From Polymyxa betae A26-41 (Eukaryota; Protista; Endomyxa: Phytomyxea): 64,000 nucleotides of DNA. Position 1 is the stretch's first letter. Each line of letters begins with the position of its first letter. The notes beneath the pieces were generated by a model. That model saw nothing but the letters and a program-made list of their open reading frames with translations. It ran no database searches and was not told the origin of the DNA. Location of the stretch: the NCBI GenBank assembly GCA_003693705.1, contig RBZT01000623.1:62001-126000 (forward strand), read 5' to 3'. Shown here one piece after another: positions 1-12,571 of this stretch. Made by a program: the position numbers and the translations under genes.

Positions 1-1557
1 CTCCCAGAACAAAGGAGAGTCTAGATGGTACGTCCTTTCTAAGAAAACGAAGTTCCCAAACTAATCTGAATATCAGAACCAACAAGGACGATGCACAGTA
101 GCCACAAACATTATCTGACAAAGCAATCACTTCGCCTAATTCATCTAAAGCGATATGCGTAAACTGAATCTTCGACTCTAAATTGATAATCTTGATGGCG
201 TTCGATTCCAGCGAGGAATCGATCGACATCACGAAAGGCGTCGAGCTGAGGCAGATCATCTTTGAAGAAGACTCTGCAAAAATCGTCATCGCGATATTCC
301 AATACGACGAAAGTTAATGACATACCGGCAATAAAATTGGCGGTTGGGTAAATATTCGGCAATGTGACTGAAGTGTCTCTGGAGGCAAATGGCTTGGTCG
401 AGAAAATCTCGTTCAAAATCCAACTGCCATCCTGGAAATCGTACAGCTTCGTAGAATACTGCTGATGTTGTGAATTCGCCAAGAAGCTCGAGACAATAAT
501 GCGATTGGCCCCAGCAGATGAAATAGCAGGCACCGAATCGATCGACATCACACGCGATTCAATGCTCCTCGCGGTGGCGTTCGGGCCTGAACATATGTCA
601 GAAAAAAGCCCATCACTTCCACAAAACTGGCATGCCTTCATGAATAGGCGGCATACTTCCATCAACGACAACGCCGAGATCGTCGATATCAACAGACGAA
701 AACAGATGCTTGTCGTCGGCCAGGGAGAAAACGAGCTGGTTGCCGTGCGTTAGCGTTAAGGCCAGCACAGATCCAAAGCGAGGAGCAAGCATGGATTTCT
801 GACCAACGATGCTCCAATTGTCGTCGAATTCCAGCAACGACAGCGTCCTAAATGGTTCGCCGAACGCTTTCAACGAAACAGCAATACGGCGTCTTAGAAA
901 ATCATAGGCAATCCTCTCGATGTGACCTTCTTGATCGATCTCTGTAACCAGCTACACAAAAATTAAATGATGGCAAAACGTTGCTAAATGAAGTCTGACC
1001 TGCCAATCATCAAAGAGAATTCTGGGCGAAAGATTGCTATTGAATCGAGTTCTTTTCTTGAACAGCTCGGTCGTAGAACGGGTCCAGATAGCGATCGAGC
1101 ATCGGTGAGGTTCGCCGTCCGTCGACAGTTTCTTAGAAGCGACTAATAGCCCGGTATTGGAGTCATCAAGAGGAAGAATTTTAACAATGGAACTCGAATT
1201 CAGGGCTGACAGTTGTAAAGGCGTTGTCGTATATAGCGACGTTGGGGTCTCAGAAGATTCATTTGAATTGACAGCGCCTAGTTTCGAGGCCAGAATTGAT
1301 GCCAGAGGCGCGCTGGCGAAGACGTTCTCTCGACCTTCTTTCCAAGACGTTGATCGAGGCGTAAATTTTTCGGAAACCAGCTGCGATATCGCTAACGGGA
1401 CGCCATAACGTCGTGACCCGGTCTCATACGAGTCGAGATCATCCAGCATCATCAGCAACAGCACGATACCGCAAACAAACCCGAGACCGGCCAGGCCCCA
1501 GCGGAACCGGGGACCAGCGCCTGTCCCCAAAGCGGCCATAAAACCGATAGGGATCAT
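1..1557 (-). CDS. Hypothetical type II membrane protein, multi-exon, probably runs off the window edge
   Basis: ORFs 952-1557, 613-873 and 141-692 join in frame through short GT-AG introns (e.g. 952-999); N-terminal hydrophobic helix GLAGLGFVCGIVLLLMML; no family recognised. Confidence 0.6.
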
Positions 1558-1719
1558 CTGGAGACGACTTTAAGCAATGACAATGTCGTGATGTGAGAGA
1601 TCATTCACACACAGCGAATTAGACAGGGACGCAGCTTTTCCTGAAAATAGCGATTAGACTTTTCCCCACTGCAGCAAATACAACAAAAAAGCTTCCACAT
1701 GAGATGTAAATGCAGGAGC

Positions 1720-2456
1720 GCTTGAGTTTCTAACTTTTGTGCGCACAAATTTGTGCGTGACACTCCAATACAGTATTGGTATTCGCCACTCTAAAATTGG
1801 AGTAACCTGCAGGCTACCACTCTAAAATGGTGTAGCATAGCACTCTAAAGCAGGGTAGATCCCGCTCTGAAATCAGCGGACCCTGACACTCTAAACTGGG
1901 GCGATTTGCTCCTATCCCGTTCTTTGTTTTGGCGAGCTGTGAGCACCAAAATTGGATAGATCATATTTGATCATGTTTAGCTACAACAGTCTCAGCCTTT
2001 CTGTTCAACAAAAGGACCAATTTCCATGAATTTATTCCGATTGCAGCGCCGGCTTTGCAGGTCTTCCAAGCCTGAATGCTGAGACCGCGGACCATTATAA
2101 TTCGGCGAGCTGATCTTTTTGAAAATAATTTCTGCCAGAAAATGATTGGAGCCGAGTTCCTTCCTTGATTTGGAGTGCTTTATAAATTCTCGATCGTTTT
2201 GGGGAAGTCAGCGCTTCTGGCAAGTGATAGCCCAACTAATGGCAAACCACATCGGATTGCTAAGCGGTAGCTATCAAATTTCAGTGCGGTTGCTAACCAA
2301 TGTTAGAGCGATAGCAAACCAGTTCTTAAGCGGTACCTAACCATTTTTAGCAACCAGATTTAGAGATGAAACTATCCAGTTTTCGAGCGGTGTGCCCCAA
2401 TTTCGGAGTGCCTCGCACAGATTTGTGCGCACTACTGTAGTGATAGAAACTCAAGC
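1720..2456. mobile_element. Non-autonomous TIR element (MITE-like, possibly CACTA-derived)
   Basis: Imperfect terminal inverted repeats (gcttgagtttcta..gtgcgcacaaatttgtgcgtgacactcc versus ggagtgcctcgcacagatttgtgcgcac..tagaaactcaagc); clustered subterminal repeats (cactctaaa x4 on the left, gcggt-n-gcta-type on the right); no transposase ORF. Confidence 0.65.
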
Positions 2457-2688
2457 ATCAGAAGTCAGAACTCAGGCCTCAAACACTTTTTCTCACTTGG
2501 GCGAAGAGATAATGTTCGAAACTTTGTTTTGTTATGTCAAGTTTATGAGACGCAACATTTGGCAGTCTGGGCGTTCTCTTTGGGGTATTTAAATTGCTAC
2601 ACACAGATTGGGCCCGCATCCACTGGTTTTACCGGAACACCATTGACAATGAAATACATTATTAAGTAGATTTAAAGAGATTTTTTTG

Positions 2689-3072
2689 TTACACGAAAAC
2701 GATTCCTTGGGCGGCGGCCACTTCAATAGGTGTTGAGCCTGCAGTCGTATGATGTTTGGAGCGATCATTGACCCATCTCAAGACGTAGACAGTCAGGTAC
2801 AGGACCGAGGACACAAACAGCCCGATGGATACTGCCATTAACGCCATCATCCCTTTACCGGACGACGCGCCTTCGAAGTAATCCAGCGTGGCAACCATGA
2901 ACGAGCATACGATCCACAGAATAGCCGCAAGCCTGAACGATATTGGGCCCCAATCCGAACGAACTGGAACAACGACGGTTTCGGTTGGCTTCACAGTCGC
3001 TCCGGCCTCAGATCCAGCCTCAGTTTTCTTAACTTCATCTTCTTCTAAGGGAACATCTACAATAGTTGCCAT
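2689..3072 (-). CDS. Small hypothetical membrane protein (2 TM)
   Basis: Intronless 127-aa ORF with acidic N-terminus and two hydrophobic segments. Confidence 0.6.
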   Translation of the reverse strand: MATIVDVPLEEDEVKKTEAGSEAGATVKPTETVVVPVRSDWGPISFRLAAILWIVCSFMVATLDYFEGASSGKGMMALMAVSIGLFVSSVLYLTVYVLRWVNDRSKHHTTAGSTPIEVAAAQGIVFV

Positions 3073-3201
3073 TATGATAATTAGGGGTTTGGTTATGAAT
3101 AATGAAACGCTGTCAGCGCTCTGAGTTCAACCAAGAGAGCATCCCATAACACAGTTGAGTCAACTAGAAAATTCTGGAAATTTTTTCTCGAAAGCTGAAA
3201 T

Positions 3202-3858
3202 ATGTTAAACGCACTTCATCGGTGCTGCAGCCGGGTTCGTGGCGTCGCTTGTTGTCATCTTTTCTCTTCTAAATCAACTGTTCGGTCTATGGCGTCGTGT
3301 TCTGCAAAAGATGGTGGGTGCGGTCATCGACCGGCCTATACGGAGGAACAGAAACAGAAGCTGAAAGATCGCCTCTCTTCTGAAGCCTATGCTATCACCC
3401 AGGTGACTTTCGTAACAGACCCGAAACCTTTCATGGTTTTGTTTAACCTGAAGGTCCATTAAAGTTTGCTTTTGCAGAAGGGCGGCACGGAGCGACCCTT
3501 TACAGGTAAATACAACAAGCACTATGAGAAGGGCGTGTATAACTGCATCGTGGTACTAAACACCGTCCTCTGATTGTCCCGATCAGAATCCGCTGAACGG
3601 TTTGCCCAGTGCGAAGCATCGTTGTTCCCGAGTACGACCAAATTCGATTCCGGGACAGGCTGGCCGTCGTTTTGGCAGCCGTTCGAGAAGGAAAGCGTGA
3701 AGGAGCTTGTCGACCGCCAGCATGGCATGGTGCGAACTGAAGTTCAGTGCAAGACTTGCTCGGCCCATCTCGGGCACGTGTTTAACGATGGGCCCCGAGA
3801 CAAAACTGGCCTTCGATACTGCATTAACAGCGCCTCGTTGGAATTCCAGCCGGAATAA
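3202..3858 (+). CDS. msrB: Methionine-R-sulfoxide reductase B (Cys type), 3 exons
   Basis: Spliced product contains [41 protein letters not shown]; alternative start at 3289; the upstream extension resembles a transit peptide. Confidence 0.93.
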
Positions 3859-3951
3859 TTACAGGCGATTATGAGTGAAGGCGAATTCCATCCATCAAGC
3901 GTTACATAAACCATTTAGTGGAGGCGATGTTATGGATATGAAAAAAGCATT

Positions 3952-4254
3952 TCAGCCTCGGTATCGCAGAGAAACCTCTTTTCCCTGCAAAAACAGTCAA
4001 CGTTGGCAAGAAACCAGCGAGCAAGCCTACCGCTTTCTTACGGTGCTTCTTCAAAGCGCTGGATTCATGAAGTCAGTAATCAGTAACGAGAACGAAAGAA
4101 ATTGCACTTACATCTTGCGCTTCTTGTTCAGAACGGGAATGACTTCGTCCGACTGGTTTGGCGATGCTTTAACCGATTGCTGCATGCTGGTCCAATAGGA
4201 CCGGGTGCAAGATGTAATCCGTTGCGAAAACCGTGTTACGGCAGCAAAGAGCAT
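3952..4254 (-). CDS. Small basic protein (67 aa, 3 exons) with putative mitochondrial presequence
   Basis: Introns 4059-4111 (GTAAGT..CAG) and 3985-4030 (GTAGGC..CAG) give an open frame MLFAAVTRFSQRITSCTRSYWTS...LNKKRKIALKKHRKKAGKEVSLRYRG. Confidence 0.6.
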
Positions 4255-4501
4255 GATGGCAGGCACAATGAGCTCACGGCGCCGTCAGCACTGGGTTTCG
4301 CCATCCTCTCAGCATTGCACCAGCAGTAAGTACGGAGCTGAAATTGTGCGCCAGTGGAAAATGTCTGTGCCATTATGACTTTTTGAAACTGTGCGCCTTA
4401 CTTTAACGGAAGATTTTCAAAAATTTCGAAATTTTGCGAGCGCAGCAAAGTCTGGAAGCCATCTTGGATCCAGCTCCAGGCAGATTCGCTCTGATTCGGC
4501 A

Positions 4502-7123
4502 ATGGCTAATGACGAATTCCAGCGACCGGATCCGGCGGCGAGCCCGTCGATACGGTCTCTGTTTGCAGAGCAGTCTCCGTCGCTAATCGCGTCGTCCCTC
4601 GACCTGCGTTGTTTCAGCTCTTATGCGACTTTCTCGACCCTGTCCCCGTTCGGTTCGTCCTCATTGTTCGATACTCTAATGAAAGGCACTACGCCGACCC
4701 GAAATGACACTACGCCTATGAAGGAAATTGTAAAGTGGTTTACGTATCCTTTTCCCCACATCTCTGTATTTAATTGACTGTCCCGTTGCCTTTGCCCATT
4801 GTCTATTCCTCCCATCTCTCTCTTTCACACACTCTCTCCATTTCCATTCATGATTTCGTAGGTTTTAGAGAATCTCACTTTACCGCCGCCAAGCAGACCT
4901 GCGCCGGCGGCCCGTTCTTTTCCGAGGCCTGCGCCCAGACCTGCCCCAGCCGAGTCGTCGCCGTCATTCGCCGGCCTCCCTCCGGTCGGCATGCTGTCAT
5001 CTCGTCCGATTTTGCACGACGCTATTCAATGGTCGGCAGATAATATCATCGCTGTCGTCAACAGCAATGATATCGATCTAATGGTAAGCTGCCGTCTTTC
5101 TATCGTACGTTGCTTGAACCATCCCGCTGTTTTAGGATGCGTCAGGTGACTGTAATGACCCTCAGGCGGCATCGCAAGTCTGTTGCATCCAAGCTCTGCC
5201 ATATGTGACGCCAACGCCTACTCTTATTACGCCTTTATCGATCACATCGGTGCGCTGGTCACCGCCGGGCTGTTTCCATCGCCCCGGCTGCGTCCTTGCG
5301 GTACTCATCAGTAATGGGGCTCTGCATTTATATGCACAGCGTCAAAACCTCCACGGCTCCTGGGAGCGTTTGGTCGAGCTCGATGCTGATGAAAATGCTC
5401 TCCTCTCTGCCATCGGTTGGTGTCCAGAACTCGTACAAGGCCAAAGCGTCTTTTTCACAGGGTCGTCAACGGGAACCCTGAACGTCTATGGTATTAACGA
5501 TCGCCCTGAGCTGCCTGCGGCCACACTCTGTTATGAAGCTCCTGACAAAGCCGCCATCGTATTGATGGATGTTTCGACGCCAACTGTCAATGGTTCCTTT
5601 TACATCGCCATTGCTACAGACCAAAATGCGGTGTTCATCTTGCGGATTGAATCAGCAGAGAACGGCGCCGCGTCCACACCCGTTCTGGCTCATACAATGC
5701 GGGGCGTTTCTCCTTTATCGGTCTTATGCGCATTGCGGTTTTCTAGGGCAACCTCATCGTCGCTGAGATTTGCTGCTGCTCTGGGTCCCACTCTTGCTGT
5801 TGTCCTCATCGACAGTCATGCCTTCACAACAATCGACTCTGTTCCGCACGAACATCCCGGCATGATCTCTGGACTGATCTGGTCTGCGGACGGTTCTGTT
5901 CTCATCACAACCAGTGCCGCAGGCGCTCTGAAAGCTTGGCGCCTGGACAGCAATCGACTGCAATCTGTGAACGATTGCAGCGCTCTTCTGGTTGAAGAAA
6001 TGGCATCCCGCGACCTGATCGCGTATTGTGATGACGAAGACTATTTAAACATTTATCTGAAGGGCTACGTTGGTTTGGATCTGTCACCAGATGGCCTACT
6101 GGCATGCATACCGGTCCCCGTCGTCACGTCAACCGTATCTGGACGCTCTGGTAGATCGTCAACGAAACCTGATCTGTCATTTGGCATTTATGCAGTCCCG
6201 GTATGAATATCCGATTTTTTGTCGTTCGGCAATCGGGTATTAATCGTCGTTGCGAAAACTGTAGATCAGCCGAGATTCAGCCCAATTCCGAACCTTGCTC
6301 TGGGCCCCGATCGTGTACCCGTCGAATTTGTTCCGTAGTGTCCAAACCTGTATGAGCTCTGATCTGATCAGCGCTCTGATTGATGAGCTCGAATTGAATA
6401 TATACGATTCTTGGTCTTTTATCTCAGTAAGGGCTTACAAAGGCTTTTCCGGTGAATTCGGATCAGTCGTCATTGGCTTTCTTAATTACCGTTTCCAATT
6501 TCTTTATTAGGATCCAGAACGAGTCGATGACGTTGTCCGGCGCCTGCGGTCTTCAACAGCATTACGGAATGCCTTGCTTGATGTGAATCTGCTATCGAAG
6601 GTGCAACGCGATTTGCTCCGCGACCGGATCCGGACCAATGTCGACCGGCTTCTGTGCATTCGCGTCTTCCAGCTTTTGAATCAATTTGTTATCGATGTTC
6701 CCGATCCCATTCCGTTAACAGTTTCTGTGATGCTTACCTGGGCGATCACTTGCCAGATTAGTGAAATTCGGCAAGCCGCTGAGCTGCTGCGAGCCGCGAT
6801 TGAAGAGCGTCGCCTCCAGATCAATATCGAGAATTGCCCTTATTGCGCCTCTCCGGTTAGAAAAACACCTAGTGATAGGTTGCCATTATTTGATCGAATG
6901 TCATATACAGGTTGACGTTGGAGATTTATTTACTTCTAAATGCATGAAAGGGCACCAGCTTCAGCGATGCCGCTCCACCTTTCGGGCAGTGGCGAATGTG
7001 AGCAACGGACAGTGTGGAATCTGTCAAGGAGTTTTCCAGCGAGAAAGTGGAAACCGGATCGGTTTGGACGTATGTCCTGTTTGCCATTCACATTCGTCTG
7101 CTCTGAGGCCCTTCTCACTTTGA
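4502..7123 (+). CDS. GTF3C4: TFIIIC 90-kDa subunit (GTF3C4/Tfc8-like), WD40 plus C-terminal zinc finger
   Basis: VRWSPPGC..CVLAVL TFIIIC-delta-like motif, WD40 strands, C-terminal CPYC...CMKGHQLQRC...CGIC...CPVC; exons link through GT-AG introns; the 5' exons (4502, 4862) are less certain than the ATG at 4991. Confidence 0.75.
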
Positions 7124-7474
7124 CCCCTTGGAGACCTCAGGAATGCATGCCCAATCCGATCGGGACTGCTATTGCTGGTCATGGCTCCATATGATGATGG
7201 TGCTTACAACCACACTCGCACGACGCAGTGTTCAATATTTCCTTTAAACAGTTTCACCTCCAGCTGATTAAAGCGCATGATTTGCAAAGTTTCGACGTAT
7301 CAAGGTTCTCGTTTGGAGATTCTCTAAAGCTTGACATCAATAACTAAACAAAAAACGCTTGAACAGATTTTAGTGTCCGCTATCCAGTTCTTTGAAGTGA
7401 TATGTTGTATCAAATGTCTTCACTGAGAGTCGATACGCTTTTGTCAATATCAGTGTGGCGCATGACCATTTCCC

Positions 7475-8128
7475 TTGCTTTTCACTATATCCCTTGATCC
7501 GTTATCGCAACTCTCCAATTATTTGACTAAGTCTTACCCATATAGGCAGGATCTGGACATATATATTAATGACGCCTTCGAGTTGCCTCTGCTGATCTAC
7601 AGAATCGTTTACTTTCTAGCAATCCAGAAAACTCGATTGCTGTTAAGGTGGCGTTGGTAGGTTCAACAAGAGTTCTAGGCTCATATGACGTCAAACTGGA
7701 GCTGGATGGGCGTCCTGATATTCAGCCAGTTGATCATCGATGCTGAACAATCAGATGCGCCGATTACAACGATTTTGACCCTGACAATTCGCTGCAAACC
7801 ATTTTTGTGCATAAACGAGCTCGGCAAAAATGTACTGACGAGACGGCATCGAGATCTATTGCAATTCTACAGGTATATCCTCATCCATTGGTTGCCATCC
7901 TCTTCTAATAGCGAATCCACTTTATCTGAACCGTTCGGATATGAAACGTTGCTGAAGAATATTTTGCTATTGGCCGATGCTTTCAGGGTTTTTCAACGAC
8001 GGATCCTTTGCAATGAAAACATACACTCATTTAGTCATTTTACTGCAAAACAACAAAGTTGTGAGCGCATTGGTGAAAACGGCACAAACACAAGACCAGC
8101 CAACACAGTAACCATGAATAAACAATGA
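7475..8128 (+). CDS. Hypothetical protein (exon structure unresolved)
   Basis: Consecutive coding-like ORFs 7475-7660 and 7685-8128; no family recognised. Confidence 0.3.
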
Positions 8129-8224
8129 GCTAAGAAGCGATCAATACAACTTCATTTTGAGAGCATTAACTGCATAACTGACTGTAAGACAGTGATACTT
8201 TATGAATATATCTGAGCAGATGAT

Positions 8225-8706
8225 TTACGAACGTGGCTTATCCTTCTTCTCCAGGTACAAAGCCTTCAGGGAGACACCGGCAACCTTGACAACCTTGAAT
8301 CGAACACCTGGAATATCACCGATAGCTCGGCCCTGACGGCCGAAACCCGAGATCAACACTTCATCGTTCTCATCGACGAAGTTCAGACAACCATCGTTGG
8401 GGACGAAGGCGGCGATCTTCTTTCCGTTCTTGATCAGCTGGACACGAACACACTTTCGGATAGCAGAGTTCGGCTGTTTAGCTTCAATACCGATTTTCTC
8501 GAGAACGATTCCCTTAGCGTGCGAGGCGCCCTCGAATGGGTTGGCCTTCAGGGCGGTACCCAAATGCTTCTTCTTGTACGATTTCTGCGCCCAGCGGTGC
8601 GTACGACGGATCGTCTTCAGCTTACGAGCACATCGGATACCCTGCGGCTTACTATCAACGTAATCAGCGATCAGTGGCAGCGATGTCGGTAACAGACTTA
8701 CCCCAT
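8225..8706 (-). CDS. RPS23: 40S ribosomal protein S23 (uS12)
   Basis: ATG GG|gtaagt..tag|T AAG CCG; [21 protein letters not shown] and [13 protein letters not shown]. Confidence 0.98.
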
Positions 8707-9146
8707 GGTTGATCACGACGAATCGAACAAGATTTGGAAGCGGGTTGCTTCAAGATTCAAGTCCGTGGCGGACTCCGGCCTCTTTATTAGAGCCATTCTC
8801 CGTATAGTGCAAGGATCTTTTCAAATCCGATTCGTTTTTTCTGAAATCGTTTTCGTAGAGACGATTTCCTACCCAATCGAGGCACCTCTGTAAGGAAGAC
8901 TGATTTTTTCATTTTATAAAGAACTTTCAAATGCTGTTGACTTTTATATGTCAGTACTGTCAGGGTTTTGGATCTCTATGACATTTTTATTTGTCAAAGA
9001 GCTCAGAGCTGTTAATGGCAACAGTCACGCCCTAGTTCTCCCATTCTATGAATGATATCGTTAAAAATAAGAACCTAAATGTGGTTTCAGCTTCGCCTGA
9101 AGTTTCGAAGGCAACGATAGTTTATTGCTTCTATGGTCATACAGCT

Positions 9147-11240
9147 TTAAGTCGATTGTCGATTAACGATCAAAGCATTGAGCTGCGATACCATATTGAC
9201 TACCTGATCTCGAATCAGTTCGAAGTCACTTTCGCGTTTTCGTGCGGCGATATCTGAGAATCCGATATGAACATGTGATGGTCAGAAATCGCTAAAATAT
9301 CATTTACGAGATTCCAGCTGGTACGACGTCTGCGACAATGTACGAAGTTTCGCTTCCAGCGTTTCCAGCCTCTTCCAGTCTTCATCCTCAACTAGCGCCT
9401 GTTCACTATTAGCGACCACGCTTTACTCTCCGGGTCAGTATTACCTTCTTCTTGGCTTCGTACGTTTTACTAAGGTTCTGTACTTGAACCTGAATGGCAC
9501 CACGTTTATGCTTGACCGTATTCAGCTCTTGCTGCAACGTCTGAAAGAAGTCGTCAGAAAATCGGATTCAAACAGATTTCTGAATCGCTGACGATTTTGG
9601 CGAGAGCTTCACGTTCTTTCATTCCTTCGACATCGCTCAGCATGACGATCTCGTTCTCCATCGGTGCAGCACGACCACGAAGGTTGACGAGCTCGCTACG
9701 AATCTTCTCGCCCAACCCGCTGATCTGTTCAAGCTCAGCTTTCCGCTTCTCCAGCTCTGAACAAGTTCAACGCCTTATTTCTTACAATCAACGTAACCGA
9801 CCTTTCTTCACCCTCTCCAAGGTCGTCACGGAAGCGTCCAGCTCTTTCGATTTAAACGACAGATCGCTCTCCATAGCGAGAACCTGTTTCTGAGTTGGTA
9901 GATTCTCCTTCTTAATAACCCCTTCACTAATATGTTCCATAAGCGCCACGATCCTCGTCTGTGTAGCTCTCTTCTGTTCCGCATCTTTCGCTTTTGTCGA
10001 CTCAAATTTGTCAATAAACTCTTGCATGGCCTTATCACGTTGATAAAGAGCCTCATACTTCCTGTTGATATCCTCGAACTCTTTGATATTCTCCTTCTGA
10101 ACTTCCCGTTCATGCAGCGCCTCCTGAACCTGTTGCGTCTCCAACTCGATCGCCTTCAGCTTCTCTTCCATCGTCTTGATGATAATGCCATCCTCCTTGG
10201 CCTTCACCTGCAATCTCTCCCGCATCTGTTCCACCGATAGATTCGGATCACATTCCTCCTTCAGCTCTTGACGACGTTCCTCCAGCTCCTTCTTCTCCTG
10301 CTGCAGCTGCAGAGCACGGAAATGAGCGCGGAACTCGTCGCGGGCCAGCACGCTCTCCTGCTCCTTGACCTTCTGGCGCAGTACGACCAAGTGATCGTCC
10401 TTCTTGGCCAGATCGGCCTGCATCTCCAACGCCTCCTGTTTTTGAGCTGTGTATTGCTGTAAGAGAGGACCCGGCGCCATCGCCATCGACTGCTCTTCTT
10501 TCTGCAAAATGGCGGCGATTTCCTCTTCGAGTTTCGCTCGTTGTGCATCTAGAGCGGTTCGGCTACCAAACATTCAATGAATCGATTCTGCGATTCTCAC
10601 CAGATACCTGCTGAACAGATCATCTATTCCGTGTTTCTGCTGATCAAGAGCCGCCTCCATCCGATTCACCCGTTCAGTTAGGTCGCGGATATCAGTCCCG
10701 CTGCGAATCTTATCATGGGCGAGATTGTAATCGGCGAGCTGGCCCTCGAGCGCCTCGATCGTCTTTGCCACCTCGTCGTACTTACGAACTAAATGGGTGT
10801 TCGCAGATTGGTCGCGCGATCGCGTCTCGATTTCGGCTTCCAGAACGCCAATCTCTTCCTGAATCTCGGTGATCTTATTCCGCAGCTCGGCCATAAAGAA
10901 CGACGTATCGGCGAGCTGCCGTCCAGGGCCCTGTTGGCCCGGCGTTCGCATGCCGGTCATGCCGTGCTGCGTCACCGGACGGAACTCGACTTGCACGTTG
11001 ACGCTCATCGGGTTGCCGCCTGCGAACACAACAACGACTGGTCAGGGGCCAGCATCACTGGCCGTTGAATTTCCGCTGACCGGAATAGCCGGGATCTGCG
11101 CCGGTCCCCAGACGGCGCAGGGCGCTCGGCGGCCGTCGAATCGACGCCGTCATCGGGACAAGGCGGGCGCCGGCGGTCGTCCCCGGGGCGTTGACATTAT
11201 GTGGCACGGCAACGGGAGCGCTGCTCTGAAATTGCTGCAT
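9147..11240 (-). CDS. IFT74: Intraflagellar transport protein 74/72, multi-exon
   Basis: RPPSALRRLGTG, RPVTQHGMTG...GPGRQLADTSFF, LEGQLADYNLAHDK, long coiled coil; last exon ends LNALIVNRQST. Confidence 0.9.
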
Positions 11241-11330
11241 GCGATGATGTCGTGGACGGGGGCGGGTACGACCACAACCTATGCGAACTGGAACTGTGTG
11301 CCGGGTGGGATGCGGACGCTGTTGTGTGTT

Positions 11331-12047
11331 TTATTCTTCTTTGGAGAAAATGACCATGATCGCCATGCAGCCAAGAACAATATATTTCAGGATCGGATAG
11401 TCACTTAGCATGATGGTCGGGAAGCCGGCATACGGCACCCATCTAATTGTTACGATCAGAAAAAGTTGGAACGAAAACAATGGAGGAGACGTACGCTTTG
11501 GCCCTGCCAATAATGTCTTCCGGATCGAGCCAGAACTGTCCAGGATTATAGAGGCCTCGGTCGTCAACACGGTTGTTGTCGCCTTTTGTGAGAAGGCGAA
11601 CTTTGCCGTCCTTGGGGTCTTTGGGGTAATGCGTCTCCAGAACGCGATGAACAATTGGAATATCACGGCCTTTAATCTTGAATCTACGAATCAACAATTT
11701 GAGCAAATTCAAAGAGAAAAATGACACGAAACAGTACACGACAATATCGCCGATTTCGATGGGGTCGGAAGATAGAGTTAGGAAGAGGACATCACCACGA
11801 TAGAACGCGGGCTCCATACTGCCAGATAAGACGACGACGACAGGGCTCTCACTATTCGTGACTAGAACGAGCGCCTTCCAGATCATCAAGGCAGTCCCAA
11901 CAATCATGCCCAGATTGATGATCTGCTGCAGAGTCTGGACACGCCTGAGCCGACTAGTCTACCTTTATGATGTCATCGACATACCGAGCGTTTGTTGTTC
12001 TTGATCTGGTGCTTGGCATGGGCGAGCCAGTTCGTGACCTCCATCAT
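11331..12047 (-). CDS. SEC11: Signal peptidase complex catalytic subunit SEC11
   Basis: [40 protein letters not shown]; three short introns. Confidence 0.96.
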
Positions 12048-12310
12048 TGTCTACGACAACCGATCGCTAACCGACTATCGATTATGAGATAATAATGTCA
12101 AAGACGCACTATTTATACATCAGGGCTGTATAAAGGGCTGTAACATTACATCTACAGCCGCAGTTCGGGAATTCTCTCTTCAAAATTCGTTCAGAAATAT
12201 GATCCAAATGCAATATATAAATGTATCGAGGATTGTGGTCAGTGCACTCCATCAAACTAACATTATTGAAAGTGTTTGTTTTACAATATCGGCAAATTCT
12301 TCTGTAACAG

Positions 12311-12571
12311 ATGGCGATTATCTCAGACAGGAGCCGCGCGAACAGCATACAGCGGCAAAGGCTCTCTTTCGAATCCAAACGGAAAGCAGTCGATTTGTCA
12401 AATCTAGGATGAAATCGTGCTGAAAAGCGGATTATAATTTCGAAGAAGGTATCCGAAAGGTTCGGATATGACATCAGCCGGCCAGCAATCGTCAAGGAAG
12501 CCCAAAAGTACATGCCTTGTGGTAGTAAATCTGACGTTGAACCATTAATTTATCGGAAGCATTTTGCCTGA
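12311..12571 (+). pseudogene. Possible decayed pogo/CENP-B-like HTH fragment
   Basis: RQRLSFESKRKAVDL..*..ISKKVSERFGYDISRPAIVK resembles a transposase N-terminal HTH; in-frame TGA at 12410. Confidence 0.25.

Noticed and set aside
3202-3858. Selenoprotein MsrB
   Set aside because: The catalytic codon is TGC (RYCINS); the apparent stops lie in introns
7192-7268. Box C/D snoRNA (ATGATGA...CTGA)
   Set aside because: No clear terminal stem and only a short, misplaced rRNA complement; compatible with chance
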